64,000 nt of DNA from Bdellovibrionota bacterium (GCA_040754655.1 JBFMCE010000004.1:1740-65739), one strand, 5' to 3'; shown: positions 48,455 to 57,690, counted from the first letter of the stretch. Numbers and translations: made by a program. Notes: generated from the sequence alone by a model not told the origin.

Positions 48455-49416
48455 AATCAGCAAAAATCGAAGTTTTAGATGGGTTCCTTTTCCTAGTCTT
48501 GAGCCTTTTTTGGGCGGGTTCGTTTCCGGCGATCAAAGTCATCGTAAGCGAAGTGTCTCCTTATACGGGCGTATTCTTGCGTTTAGGCCTTGCGACGGCG
48601 CTCCTCACTGTTTTTTACAAGGCCATGCGCTGGCCGATGAAAGTGAGCAAGGCGCAACGCCTTAGAGTTTGGATAGGCGGTCTTTTTCTGCAGGCCTTTC
48701 CGTTCTTGCTCTTGTTTTGGGGTGAACAATACGTATCACCTGGTCTTTCTGGCGTATTGAATGGAACCACGCCGATGTGGACGCTTGTTCTGGGTGCAAT
48801 CTTCTTGAGAAAAGATGAACCCATCACTGTCATCAAGCTTTTGGGATTGGTTTTAGGGATCTCTGGCCTCGTGGTCGTTTTTCTTCCAAGCTTAACGGTG
48901 ATGGGCAGCCAGTTCTGGGGCGTTTTCGCGGTCGCTGTGATGGCTCTTTCTTACGCCGTGGGCACATTGATCAACCGTTCCGTCTTGCTGCGTGACCCCG
49001 GTACGAAGCTTCAGGCTTGTTTGTATCAACAACACCTTGCAAGTTTCGTTTTCATCGCTTTTGTCGTCGTTGGCCTCATGCTCGAAGGATCTCTTGCGCC
49101 CTTTTGGGAATGGAAGTGCTCGGCCGCTGTTTTGAGCGCGATCGGTTACCTGGCTCTTTTCTCAAACTGCATCGCTTGGGGGATTTATTTCCGGCTTTTA
49201 AAGAAGTGGGGGGCGCTGAGGGCGAGCGCGGTGAATTATTTGATCCCAGCTTTGGCTGTCGGGCTTGATTTCTTGTTTTACGGCAATGTTCCTTCTGCCA
49301 CCCAGGCGTTAGGAATCGTGATGATTTTCGGAGGCATCGTCTTGATTCAAAGCGCCGCTATTGTCGCCGCGAAAGGCGCTCAAAAAAAACGAGCCTCCGT
49401 CTTGACCGCTTCATAG
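48451..49416 (+). CDS. EamA/DMT superfamily transporter
   Basis: A ten-TM profile with two EamA-like halves. It overlaps the RND stop by 4 nt. Confidence 0.8.
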   Translation: MKSAKIEVLDGFLFLVLSLFWAGSFPAIKVIVSEVSPYTGVFLRLGLATALLTVFYKAMRWPMKVSKAQRLRVWIGGLFLQAFPFLLLFWGEQYVSPGLSGVLNGTTPMWTLVLGAIFLRKDEPITVIKLLGLVLGISGLVVVFLPSLTVMGSQFWGVFAVAVMALSYAVGTLINRSVLLRDPGTKLQACLYQQHLASFVFIAFVVVGLMLEGSLAPFWEWKCSAAVLSAIGYLALFSNCIAWGIYFRLLKKWGALRASAVNYLIPALAVGLDFLFYGNVPSATQALGIVMIFGGIVLIQSAAIVAAKGAQKKRASVLTAS

Positions 49417-49504
49417 CAGGTTGGGTGCCATCCTCTCTGCGCGGCCTCCCTTGAAGACCATGAATTTCGCGATACGGTGGTCTTGAAGAAAAAGGAGATT
49501 CGCC

Positions 49505-50344
49505 ATGAAGCAATCGGCTTTTGTTGTGGTTCTAGCGGGCCTAGTGCTTTCGGGAGCAGGTTGTGACCGAAACCGGGATGATAGCAATCTTGTACCAAGG
49601 GTTCCGAGCCAGGACTCTTCGTCTCATTCACGGGAAGAGGCGGGCGGAACGGAGCAGGAATCAGCGGATCTGTCGGAGAGCGACACGGTCCAGAGTGATT
49701 CCCAGTCTACTGAAGAATCGCAAGCTTTGAATGAGCAGGAGATCAGCCCCGGCTCATCAGAGAGGCGCGAGGTCACCACTCAAGCCCAAAGAACCGCGCG
49801 TGAAGGAAAAAAACGCGCGAAAAAAGCCGAAACAGAGCTGAAGCGAAAGAAGGATCAGGCCCGTTCTCAGTTTGAATCGCTAGAGGAAGAGCGTATTGGA
49901 AGATCCGAGGCCGAGAAGACCAGCCAAGGAATGGAAGAACCGCCCTCGGTGGAAACTACTGAAACCTTCGGTTCAATCGACGAAGAGAGCATTGAGCGAG
50001 AACCCGCTTCCGAACAGATGCTCTCAATGGAAGAAAAGAGAAGGCGATACTGCTCGGATACAAAACATCCGACCGCGCATTTTTTACGCCAAGATCTCGC
50101 TTATTCGATCTTGGGAGTGGATTGCCACGGTGATCCTGCGACGAGCTACACGATCAGGTACGGACTTCCTCACGGAGTTCAAAACTTAAGGGAACCTGCC
50201 GCCGCTTCGAAGGATCAATGCGATAGCTCTCCTCATGCGCATCCCATGGGACTGCGCTCTGATTTTGAGTATCACGTGACAGGACGGGATTGTCAGGGAG
50301 ACCGTCCGATGAACGCATTTGATTTGGGCTTGACCCGAGACTAA
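49505..50344 (+). CDS. Acidic hypothetical lipoprotein with a duplicated Cys-containing C-terminal module
   Basis: Lipobox LSGAGC and a long S/E/D-rich disordered region. Two 28-aa modules of pattern C....H....LR.D..Y...G.DC.GD follow (aa 183-210 and 239-266). Confidence 0.55.
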   Translation: MKQSAFVVVLAGLVLSGAGCDRNRDDSNLVPRVPSQDSSSHSREEAGGTEQESADLSESDTVQSDSQSTEESQALNEQEISPGSSERREVTTQAQRTAREGKKRAKKAETELKRKKDQARSQFESLEEERIGRSEAEKTSQGMEEPPSVETTETFGSIDEESIEREPASEQMLSMEEKRRRYCSDTKHPTAHFLRQDLAYSILGVDCHGDPATSYTIRYGLPHGVQNLREPAAASKDQCDSSPHAHPMGLRSDFEYHVTGRDCQGDRPMNAFDLGLTRD

Positions 50345-50384
50345 AGGTTGGGCTTGCGACTGGTAATCTGCTAAGAAGAGGCTT

Positions 50385-51494
50385 ATGTTGCGATCGCCGA
50401 AGCGCGTTTTTCGAAGCATAAGCCTTTTTCTTTTTCTTTCGTCCCTGGCCGTTTTTCTTTCAGACTGGCGGTTTTTTGCCAGGCTTGCGACTTATCCGAA
50501 GGAATCGCCCATCACCAGTTCGCAGTGGTACTCGCCGCTCGAGAGAGTAGACGCAAGCGCCCTGAATGAGTTGCCAAAGGTCTCGCAGACAGAGGGCCGC
50601 TTTCGCGAGCAAACGCTTGAGCAAGCCAAAGGCTACGCAAAAGAAAAGAACTCGTCGGCGTTGATTGTTTTGCATGAAGGAAAAGTGGTTCTTGAATATT
50701 ACGCGGATGGTTTCGATGCGCGTAGCCTCACCAATTCGATGTCGATGGCAAAGACGGTATTGGCCATTCTCATTGGGATTGCGATCGACGAAGGCGAGAT
50801 CGGGTCAGAGGAAGATGCGGTCGCGAAATACCTTCCGGAGTGGGTTCAAGACTCACGCAGTCAGATCAAGATCAAACACCTCTTGCAGATGTCGTCCGGG
50901 CTTGAGTTCAATGAAGATGGCGGGGATGTTTTTTCCGCTCTGACCAGGATGCATTTGGGCTCGAACCTCCTGCCGTTGGTTTTCGGCGCAAAATCCAAGC
51001 AAGCGCCTGGATTGACCCACGAATACATGAATGTGAACGCTCAGATTCTTGGCATTCTTCTCGAGAGAGCGACAGGCCAGAGGTTTTCGCAGTACCTTTC
51101 TCAGAAGCTCTGGAAACCTTTGCAAGCGAGCGAGGCTTTCGTATGGCTTGATCGCCCAGGGGGAAGCGCAAAAACATACTGTTGTATTTTCGCCTCGGCG
51201 CAAGATTGGGCGAGAGTGGGCCAACTGATGCTGGATCTCGGAAAAACAGCGGGTCAGCGTGTTGTGTCTGAAAAATGGGTGAAGAAGATGGTCACTCCAT
51301 CGCCTTACAACAAAGAGTATGGCTTTTTGACATGGCTAGACTCAGGCTTTTACTACCTCGATGGTAAAGGAAGGCAGCGCGTCTATGTGTTGCCGAAAGA
51401 GAGCTTGGTCATCGTACGGTTGGGTGAGCATGCGAGAGGGTGGGATCATCTCAGATTGCCGGATCTATTTCGCAAAGACCTTCAAATTTTTTAA
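50385..51494 (+). CDS. Serine hydrolase of the beta-lactamase/PBP4* (class C-like) family
   Basis: An N-terminal anchor or signal and an SxxK motif (SMSMAKT). The length and the downstream YxN-like region are consistent with the family. Confidence 0.7.
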   Translation: MLRSPKRVFRSISLFLFLSSLAVFLSDWRFFARLATYPKESPITSSQWYSPLERVDASALNELPKVSQTEGRFREQTLEQAKGYAKEKNSSALIVLHEGKVVLEYYADGFDARSLTNSMSMAKTVLAILIGIAIDEGEIGSEEDAVAKYLPEWVQDSRSQIKIKHLLQMSSGLEFNEDGGDVFSALTRMHLGSNLLPLVFGAKSKQAPGLTHEYMNVNAQILGILLERATGQRFSQYLSQKLWKPLQASEAFVWLDRPGGSAKTYCCIFASAQDWARVGQLMLDLGKTAGQRVVSEKWVKKMVTPSPYNKEYGFLTWLDSGFYYLDGKGRQRVYVLPKESLVIVRLGEHARGWDHLRLPDLFRKDLQIF

Positions 51495-51598
51495 AGGATT
51501 TTTCGATAGTCTAGTCCCTTGGTTTAAGTTAATCACTCTACGAAACCACGAAATTGTGGCATGCATTTAGTCAAAGATTCGGGAGCTACGTACAAGCG

Positions 51599-52333
51599 AT
51601 GCGTTACAAGAGAGTTTTAATCAAGTTGAGTGGTGGTGCTTTGGCCGGAGAAGAAGAGATCGGCTTTGATCGGCTTTCAGTCGAGCACATTGTTGAGGAA
51701 CTCTTAAGCGTTGCAAATGAAGGCCTTCAAGTCGGTATCGTGATCGGCGGCGGAAATATCTTTCGAGGCAATGTCTCAAGAAATTGGGGTATCGAACGCG
51801 CTGAAGCCGACAATATCGGAGTCTTAGGAACTGTGATCAACAGTTTGATGCTTCGGGGCGCGATTCAGGCGCGCAGCAAGTTTGAGGTTCGTGTGATGAC
51901 TGCGGTGCGCATGGAAACGATTGCAGAACCCTTCATTCGGTTGCGCGCGATCCACCATCTTGAAAAAGGTTATATCGTCATTTTCGCCGGAGGCATTGGT
52001 CAGCCTTATGTGACCACAGACTACCCTGCAGTCCAACGGGCGATCGAAACTCGTTGTGATGCCATCTTAGTGGCAAAACATGGTGTTGACGGGGTGTATA
52101 CCGCCGATCCCAAAAAAGATCCGAACGCGAAACGTTATAAGAGTTTGGCCTACGACGACATCATCCTAGAGAAGTTGCACATCATGGACCACTCTGCGCT
52201 CTTGCTTGCGCGAGATTACGGAATGCCCGTGCACATCTTTAACTTTGACAAAAAAGGCACGATGAAACGCATTTGCTCAGGCGAGGATGTTGGAACATTC
52301 ATTTCGCCTAAGACCTTGATGCAAACCATTTAG
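51599..52333 (+). CDS. pyrH: UMP kinase
   Basis: The ATG at 51599 gives MRYKRVLIKLSGGAL. Motifs are GGGNIFRG and IFAGGIGQPYVTTD. Confidence 0.9.
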   Translation: MRYKRVLIKLSGGALAGEEEIGFDRLSVEHIVEELLSVANEGLQVGIVIGGGNIFRGNVSRNWGIERAEADNIGVLGTVINSLMLRGAIQARSKFEVRVMTAVRMETIAEPFIRLRAIHHLEKGYIVIFAGGIGQPYVTTDYPAVQRAIETRCDAILVAKHGVDGVYTADPKKDPNAKRYKSLAYDDIILEKLHIMDHSALLLARDYGMPVHIFNFDKKGTMKRICSGEDVGTFISPKTLMQTI

Positions 52334-52403
52334 TATCGCATATCGGTTTAACGTTTACGGGTCACAGATTTCGGAGTCGGTACCGTCAACCGCAATCCGG
52401 TTT
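52334..52403. repeat. Dispersed intergenic repeat family, locus 5 (fills the whole pyrH/grxD convergent spacer)
   Basis: CGTTTACGGGTCACAGATTTCGGAGTCGGTACCGTCAACCGCAATCCGGTTTTT. The 3' end can fold as AACCG-CAATC-CGGTT followed by a T-run. Confidence 0.55.
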
Positions 52404-52733
52404 TTACTGTTTGTTCGTCTTCGCGATCATCGTCTGAAGTTCTCCGCGCTCGTAAAGCTCAGAGACGATGTCGCATCCGCCGATAAATTCCCCATTGATG
52501 AAAATCTGAGGAACGGTAGGCCACTGGGTGTACTGCTCAAGCGCATCCCAAAGCGGATCATCCGAAAGGACGTCCACTGAAGCGAAGTTCTGAGCGCCAG
52601 CTGCGCGCAAAACTTGGCAGGCACGAGCTGAAAATCCGCATTGAGGGAAGTTCGCAGTCCCTTTCATATAAATGATGACGGGGCTTGATTTCACTTGTTC
52701 TTCGATCTTTGAAACCAAAGGATTATTGGCCAT
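52404..52733 (-). CDS. grxD: Monothiol glutaredoxin (Grx4/GrxD family)
   Basis: CGFS active site (FPQCGFSARA). The second ATG at 52733 is preferred because of an AAAGGA RBS 7 nt upstream. It overlaps the bolA stop. Confidence 0.9.
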   Translation of the reverse strand: MANNPLVSKIEEQVKSSPVIIYMKGTANFPQCGFSARACQVLRAAGAQNFASVDVLSDDPLWDALEQYTQWPTVPQIFINGEFIGGCDIVSELYERGELQTMIAKTNKQ

Positions 52734-52998
52734 GATGGATCCTTTCATATTGTTCGGGGGTATAAGTTTTTAAGGTCAAAGCGTGAACTTCATTGGATTC
52801 GACCTCAGTTTTCAATAAACCAAAGACCATGCGGTGCTGTTCCATCATGCTCTTGCCAGCAAATGCCGGAGAGACGACAATGGCTTGCCAATGGTCTTGA
52901 GTACCTGTGAGGTCGATTAATTGTGCTTGAGTGCCGGGAGCCAACGACTCAATGCGTGCTTTTAGTTCAGTTGCTGTCATAAGGGGTCTATAGCACAA
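52723..52998 (-). CDS. BolA family protein
   Basis: 91 aa with the conserved His region (NEVHALTLKTYTP) and the canonical pairing with monothiol glutaredoxin. Confidence 0.8.
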   Translation of the reverse strand: MCYRPLMTATELKARIESLAPGTQAQLIDLTGTQDHWQAIVVSPAFAGKSMMEQHRMVFGLLKTEVESNEVHALTLKTYTPEQYERIHHGQ

Positions 52999-53010
52999 GA
53001 GGATAAGTTT

Positions 53011-53781
53011 ATGAACCGTCAGAAAAGCGCAGTTGAAATAAGTCGCTTGCAGTTTGGTTTTGAAAACACCCTCGTTTTCCGCGACCTGACCCTCAATATC
53101 CCTGAGTTTTCACGGTGCTTGCTTTTGGGGGCCAATGGCATTGGCAAATCCACTTTGTTGCGTGTTTTAGCGGGAAAACACCTGGTCAGGGCAGATTCTG
53201 TGAAGATTTTTGGCGAAGATCCCTTCTCCGGAAACCTTGGCGTTCATGACGTCACTCTGGTCGCAGAGCGATTCCCATTCAATCTCGATGTGAGTGTCGA
53301 GGAGTTGTTACAGAGGCAACGAGCCTCTCAGGAAGTGAAAACAGAGCTTCTTGAGCTCTTGCAGATCGACCTCGCCTGGCGCATGCACCGAGTGTCAAAT
53401 GGGCAGAGACGCAGGGTAGACTTGTTGCTTTCATTCCTGAACTCGCCGCGACTTGTGTTGCTGGATGAAGTGACGTCTGATCTCGATATCTTAAGCCGCC
53501 AGAGGCTCTTGCGCTGGTTGAAAAGCAAGGCAATCAAGCGGCAGATGACCACGGTCTTTGCAACTCATATCCTTGACGGAATGGAGGATTGGGCGACTCA
53601 TCTCGCATTCTTGAGCCCAGTGGGCCTAAGCGGCGAAGGGGCAACGCTACGTACAATGGGTGTTCTAAAGCGAAATAAAGATTTTATCGAGGCAAAGAAA
53701 AAGCATCCCAAGGCGCCTCTCTTATGGCTGTGTGAGAAATGGCTTAAGGAGGATGAGCGTGCCGCCGTCAAAAAAAACTGA
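53011..53781 (+). CDS. Orphan ABC-type ATPase (CAF16-like; no permease gene adjacent)
   Basis: Walker A GANGIGKST, signature variant VSNGQRRR, Walker B LVLLDEVTSDLD and H-loop FATHILDG. No membrane component flanks it. Confidence 0.85.
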   Translation: MNRQKSAVEISRLQFGFENTLVFRDLTLNIPEFSRCLLLGANGIGKSTLLRVLAGKHLVRADSVKIFGEDPFSGNLGVHDVTLVAERFPFNLDVSVEELLQRQRASQEVKTELLELLQIDLAWRMHRVSNGQRRRVDLLLSFLNSPRLVLLDEVTSDLDILSRQRLLRWLKSKAIKRQMTTVFATHILDGMEDWATHLAFLSPVGLSGEGATLRTMGVLKRNKDFIEAKKKHPKAPLLWLCEKWLKEDERAAVKKN

Positions 53782-54472
53782 CACTTCTTCTCCATTTAGC
53801 GCGCTCAAAGGACTCAAAGAAAAGCTGGTTCAAGAGCAACACGAGAAAGAGAGAAGGCTCGCCGAGGAGAAAAGACCTGCCAAGACAAAGAACACACCAC
53901 CCAGCTCGCCTGAAAATGACGCCTCCCTCTTTGCTGCGGCAATGAAAGGGGTGAAGCCCTTAGAGCCCGAAGCTGTTCGCCTGCCTAGAAAACAAGACAA
54001 AGTCGGCGCTATCGTCGAGTCAAAGCCTTCCGGGCTCAGCCAAGACGATGAGGAGGTTTTAGAAGAGTTGCAAGGCATGGTCGAGGGCGCGATTCCGCTC
54101 GATTACACTTTTAGCGATGAGTTCGTAGAAGGGCGCGCTTCTGATTGCAGCAGGCTTGATTTAGCGAAACTTCGCAAGGGTGAGTTTGCGGTTCAAGCTT
54201 ACTTTGATCTTCACGGTAAGAATCGGGATGAGGCCAAAGTCGAAATCGCCCAGTTTTTCAAGGAATCGATGTCAAAGAACCTGAGGTGTGTTCTAGTCAT
54301 TTCCGGACGTGGGCTGAGATCTCCGGGCGGCCGCCCTATCTTAAAAGAGCTCTTAGTGCGATGGCTTGTGGCCGGCCCACTAAGCCGCTGTGTGCTTGCT
54401 TTTTCGACCGCACTTCCGCACGACGGTGGGCTAGGGGCGTTGTATGTGCTCTTGCGACGTAAACCAAAATAA
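53753..54472 (+). CDS. Smr (small MutS-related) domain protein
   Basis: A C-terminal Smr domain (DLHGKNRDEA ... VLVISGRGLRSPGG ... LKELLVRWL). The start is uncertain (53732 or 53753), and either overlaps the ABC gene's 3' end. Confidence 0.75.
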   Translation: MSVPPSKKTDTSSPFSALKGLKEKLVQEQHEKERRLAEEKRPAKTKNTPPSSPENDASLFAAAMKGVKPLEPEAVRLPRKQDKVGAIVESKPSGLSQDDEEVLEELQGMVEGAIPLDYTFSDEFVEGRASDCSRLDLAKLRKGEFAVQAYFDLHGKNRDEAKVEIAQFFKESMSKNLRCVLVISGRGLRSPGGRPILKELLVRWLVAGPLSRCVLAFSTALPHDGGLGALYVLLRRKPK

Positions 54473-54577
54473 AGCTCTGTTGAAATCCCCGCATCTGCTT
54501 TGTTGCCCGTCTCGTTGCTCCCGCCTTGGTCACAGCCGCATCGGGCGCCTCGCACCTGCGGGGATTTGAACAGAGCT
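54473..54577. repeat. 105-bp element closed by a 21-bp terminal inverted repeat (one mismatch)
   Basis: The left arm AGCTCTGTTGAAATCCCCGCA (54473-54493) pairs with the right arm TGCGGGGATTTGAACAGAGCT (54557-54577). It begins immediately after the smr stop codon, between convergent genes. Confidence 0.8.
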
Positions 54578-54623
54578 AAAGCTATTTTACTTCACTACTT
54601 ATATCCCAGCAGTAGTTCTCCGG

Positions 54624-55289
54624 TCAGGCGTTTTTCTTCTCTGTCTCAGCGGCTTGATAACGCTTGAGCAGGGTTGAAAAGTGGGTGCGCAGCGCCTGAA
54701 TAGTTTGCGGATCTTCGTGAAGTCCTTCCAAAGTTTCCGCGATGGCCTCCAGAGTTGAAAGGCATTCTCGCCTAGGTTCGCGGCGCAGTCTTCCATAGAG
54801 CGAGCGATTTTGAGGGTTCAAGACGATGCGTTTTAATTTCAGGAGCCAAGGGTTTCGCCACCAAAGGGCTTTTGCCTGGGCCCACGTCCCGTCTAAGATG
54901 ACAATGCCTTCGATCAAGGTTTCATCGATTAAGAGTTCTTCCCCATTGCGCAAGGCGACTTTGAGTCTGTCTGCCGACCCGCGGCTTTGTCGAGAACCCT
55001 TCCTCGGTCCGAGGTAAAGCACGCCCCAGTTTGATGCGTTGACCTGCTTGCCAAGTGCTTTTCCCAGGTTCGGCCATGAAAGGCCCGTTTTTAGGGTCGA
55101 ATTTTTCAAGCAAAGGTGAGCAAGCCTCGCTGAACCTAGAAGTTTATCCGGTTCTCTTGGGTGTTGAAGGATGAGAACAGGGGTCTTGTTCTCAAAAGCC
55201 TTCAGTTCGGAACAGAGGCACAAGAACTCAGGCTTTTGGCATTGAGCGCAAGGTTCAACTTCGGGAGTGGTGGCTGACGGGTTTTGCAT
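54624..55289 (-). CDS. DTW domain protein (tRNA-uridine aminocarboxypropyltransferase family)
   Basis: An N-terminal Cys cluster (CAQCQKPEFLCLC) and the DTW motif (ILDGTWAQAK). Confidence 0.8.
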   Translation of the reverse strand: MQNPSATTPEVEPCAQCQKPEFLCLCSELKAFENKTPVLILQHPREPDKLLGSARLAHLCLKNSTLKTGLSWPNLGKALGKQVNASNWGVLYLGPRKGSRQSRGSADRLKVALRNGEELLIDETLIEGIVILDGTWAQAKALWWRNPWLLKLKRIVLNPQNRSLYGRLRREPRRECLSTLEAIAETLEGLHEDPQTIQALRTHFSTLLKRYQAAETEKKNA

Positions 55290-55371
55290 GGCGAAATTTA
55301 ACTACCATATAGACTCTCTCTGACGCCAGAGATAAACTGCGCCGATCAGAGCATCAAAGGAGAGTCTTGAT

Positions 55372-55953
55372 ATGAGCAAGTTCGCATTGTTTTTCAGTTT
55401 TTGCTTCTTATTCATTTCGGCTTCGGTATTCGCGAAGACGGCCGTCATCCAAACTACGGCGGGAGATATTAAAGTAAAATTATTTGAGGATAAGGCCCCT
55501 GAAACAGTGAAGAATTTCGTAGGGCTCGCCAAGGGAGAACGTGAGTGGGTCGATCCTAAGACCAAAAAGAAGGTCAAAGGGCGCTCTCTTTACGACGGTA
55601 CGATCTTCCACCGGGTGATCAAGGATTTCATGATTCAGGGCGGAGACCCGGAAGGCACGGGAATGGGTGGGCCTGGTTACACATTCCCAGATGAGTTCAA
55701 GCCAGACTTGCGATTTAACCGACCAGGACTGCTTGCCATGGCGAATGCGGGTCCTGGCACCAACGGCAGCCAGTTTTTCATCACCACGGTTCCTACGCCG
55801 CATCTCAACGATCGCCATACGATTTTTGGCGCCATCGACCCTGATGACAAGAAGAGCATGAAGGTTGTCGACAAGATCATCAGCGCTAAAACCAACTCCG
55901 AGAACAGACCCCTTAAGCCTGAGAAGATCAAAAAGATCAAAATCATCGATTGA
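55372..55953 (+). CDS. Periplasmic cyclophilin-type peptidyl-prolyl cis-trans isomerase
   Basis: A signal peptide plus [36 protein letters not shown] and HTIFG. Confidence 0.9.
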   Translation: MSKFALFFSFCFLFISASVFAKTAVIQTTAGDIKVKLFEDKAPETVKNFVGLAKGEREWVDPKTKKKVKGRSLYDGTIFHRVIKDFMIQGGDPEGTGMGGPGYTFPDEFKPDLRFNRPGLLAMANAGPGTNGSQFFITTVPTPHLNDRHTIFGAIDPDDKKSMKVVDKIISAKTNSENRPLKPEKIKKIKIID

Positions 55954-57355
55954 GGACTTGGGATCTGGGCAGGAAAGTTTTTTGAAAAGCCTCGATCACG
56001 GGGAATGAGAATCCATCGAATACCTTCGTTTGCATTTCCACAAAAGGGTCAATCGAGGGTGTTTCGATGGATTTCGAAATCAAGTGCACGAATTCGTCGG
56101 CGATACCAATGATCTCAGCGACACGTGAGATGTGGGTCGTCAAAACTTTGCCGGGGAATCCGCTTCCATCTCGTCGTTCGTGATGTTGTTCAATGGCCTG
56201 CAGCGTGATGTGGTCGATTTGAGGGAGGTTTGACAGAAGGTGGGCAGCTGCGCGGGGATGATCGTGAAAAAGATGGAGGTCCGCAAGGCTCATGCGTGAA
56301 GGGTCGAGATCCTCAAGTTGAGGCGCCGTTTTCAGAAGACCTATGTCGTGGAAGAGAGAGGCGATCCCAACTGTTCTTTGCATGCGTTCGGATTCAAGCC
56401 CAAGCGGGCGCAAGAGAAGGGAGCTGACAAGAGCCGTCGCGACGCCGTGTTCGTAGAGGTGAAGGTTTCGCGTGAATTCACGCAGTATCGGAATATGGTC
56501 GTAGTGGAGGCCTTTGACGATTTTTTGCAGATTTGAGACGAACCGGGTGGCGTGCCTCAGGGCCTCATCGTCGAGGTCGTTCCGTCGTAAAAAGTTTAGG
56601 ACCTCTTGCCCGAGATTGAGTGTTTGGGAAGTCTTGAGCGTCGCGGGTATTTTGGTTGAATCAGTCAGTGCCGAGCTGAGGTGGTCGCAATAGTTCAGAT
56701 ACGACGCTTGCATTTCTTTGCGCAGGTAGAAGTGCGTCACTCCTTTTTTGAGATAATTGACCAGGCGCTCTCCAGAGAAACTATCGCCGGCTTGCAAGAT
56801 CTTGATGTATTTCCCCGAGCGAAGGCGAAGGTAGAGATCGAAGAAAGACTGTCGCCCAGAGAAGAAATTGGCAGCTAGTATCGCGGCAAAGTCTACGTCG
56901 TTTGCCGAGAACTCTTGATTGATCGGATCTTCACTGCGTTTGGCTTGCGAAATCAGCCCGGGCACATCCAAGGCTTGTATCACTGGCGCCACCAGAGCTA
57001 CCATTTCGCTGTATTTCAGGGGCTTCTTTAAAAGCCGTTGTATGGCCAAGCGCTTTAGCGATTGCTCTGAAAAGGGAATTTCTTCAGAATCGCTGATCAA
57101 GTACAGAGGGGTTCCAATGCGATGTTGATGAGCGCATCGGATTACCGAGAGTCCACCGGGATAAGAGACTTTGGGATTTACGAAAATTCCTGAGTACCAT
57201 TCACTGCGGTCGCACAGTTTGATCTGCGCGTCCCGACCTGTCTGAGCAAAGGCTGGAGGAGTGAGTGTGGCGTAGGGATCTCGCCTTAATGATTCTAAAA
57301 ATTCAGAGTCTGGATCAATGACCAACGGCCGATACGCTTTGTCGATAAGGTACAT
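55943..57355 (-). CDS. HD-GYP-type phosphohydrolase with an N-terminal receiver-like (apparently non-phosphorylatable) domain
   Basis: HD motif (LFHDIGLL) and [11 protein letters not shown], a GYP-to-GFP variant. The N-terminal ~120 aa have a REC-like layout but Asn (FVNP) where the phospho-acceptor Asp is expected. Confidence 0.7.
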   Translation of the reverse strand: MYLIDKAYRPLVIDPDSEFLESLRRDPYATLTPPAFAQTGRDAQIKLCDRSEWYSGIFVNPKVSYPGGLSVIRCAHQHRIGTPLYLISDSEEIPFSEQSLKRLAIQRLLKKPLKYSEMVALVAPVIQALDVPGLISQAKRSEDPINQEFSANDVDFAAILAANFFSGRQSFFDLYLRLRSGKYIKILQAGDSFSGERLVNYLKKGVTHFYLRKEMQASYLNYCDHLSSALTDSTKIPATLKTSQTLNLGQEVLNFLRRNDLDDEALRHATRFVSNLQKIVKGLHYDHIPILREFTRNLHLYEHGVATALVSSLLLRPLGLESERMQRTVGIASLFHDIGLLKTAPQLEDLDPSRMSLADLHLFHDHPRAAAHLLSNLPQIDHITLQAIEQHHERRDGSGFPGKVLTTHISRVAEIIGIADEFVHLISKSIETPSIDPFVEMQTKVFDGFSFPVIEAFQKTFLPRSQVLNR

Positions 57356-57674
57356 ACTTGTCCTTACCCCCTGTCAGTATCTTCTAGAGCAAGTAAGACA
57401 CCAAAACCTGAGTATAAAAATACGTGTAATATTCGACATGTTCCGACTCTTTTGCCTGTGTATTTTCAACCCATGAGTGTGTTTTGACTGTGGCGAGTAT
57501 TGGATTTTGGTTAACTGGTAATCAGTGAGTTTGTAAAAACTGCCAGTGTGATTTCGGCGAGACCGTGAACTTTTTTTATGGTGTTCTTGATTTTAGTATA
57601 AAAATATTTTACTCAAGAATGGTCAAAACTATTAACTTTCAATGAGTTATCTTTACCAAGGATAGAAGGCGCTT

Positions 57675-57690
57675 TGGCACATGACTTGTA
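57675..57690 (+). promoter_or_regulatory. Sigma-54-like -24/-12 element
   Basis: TGGCACatgacTTGTA against the consensus TGGCACG-N4-TTGCW. The GG and TTG spacing is correct, but the -12 C is replaced by T. Confidence 0.3.

Noticed and set aside
54473-54577. Inverted-repeat element considered as an insertion sequence
   Set aside because: It is only 105 bp with no ORF, so it is not an autonomous IS. I kept it as a repeat or possible MITE finding rather than a mobile_element call.
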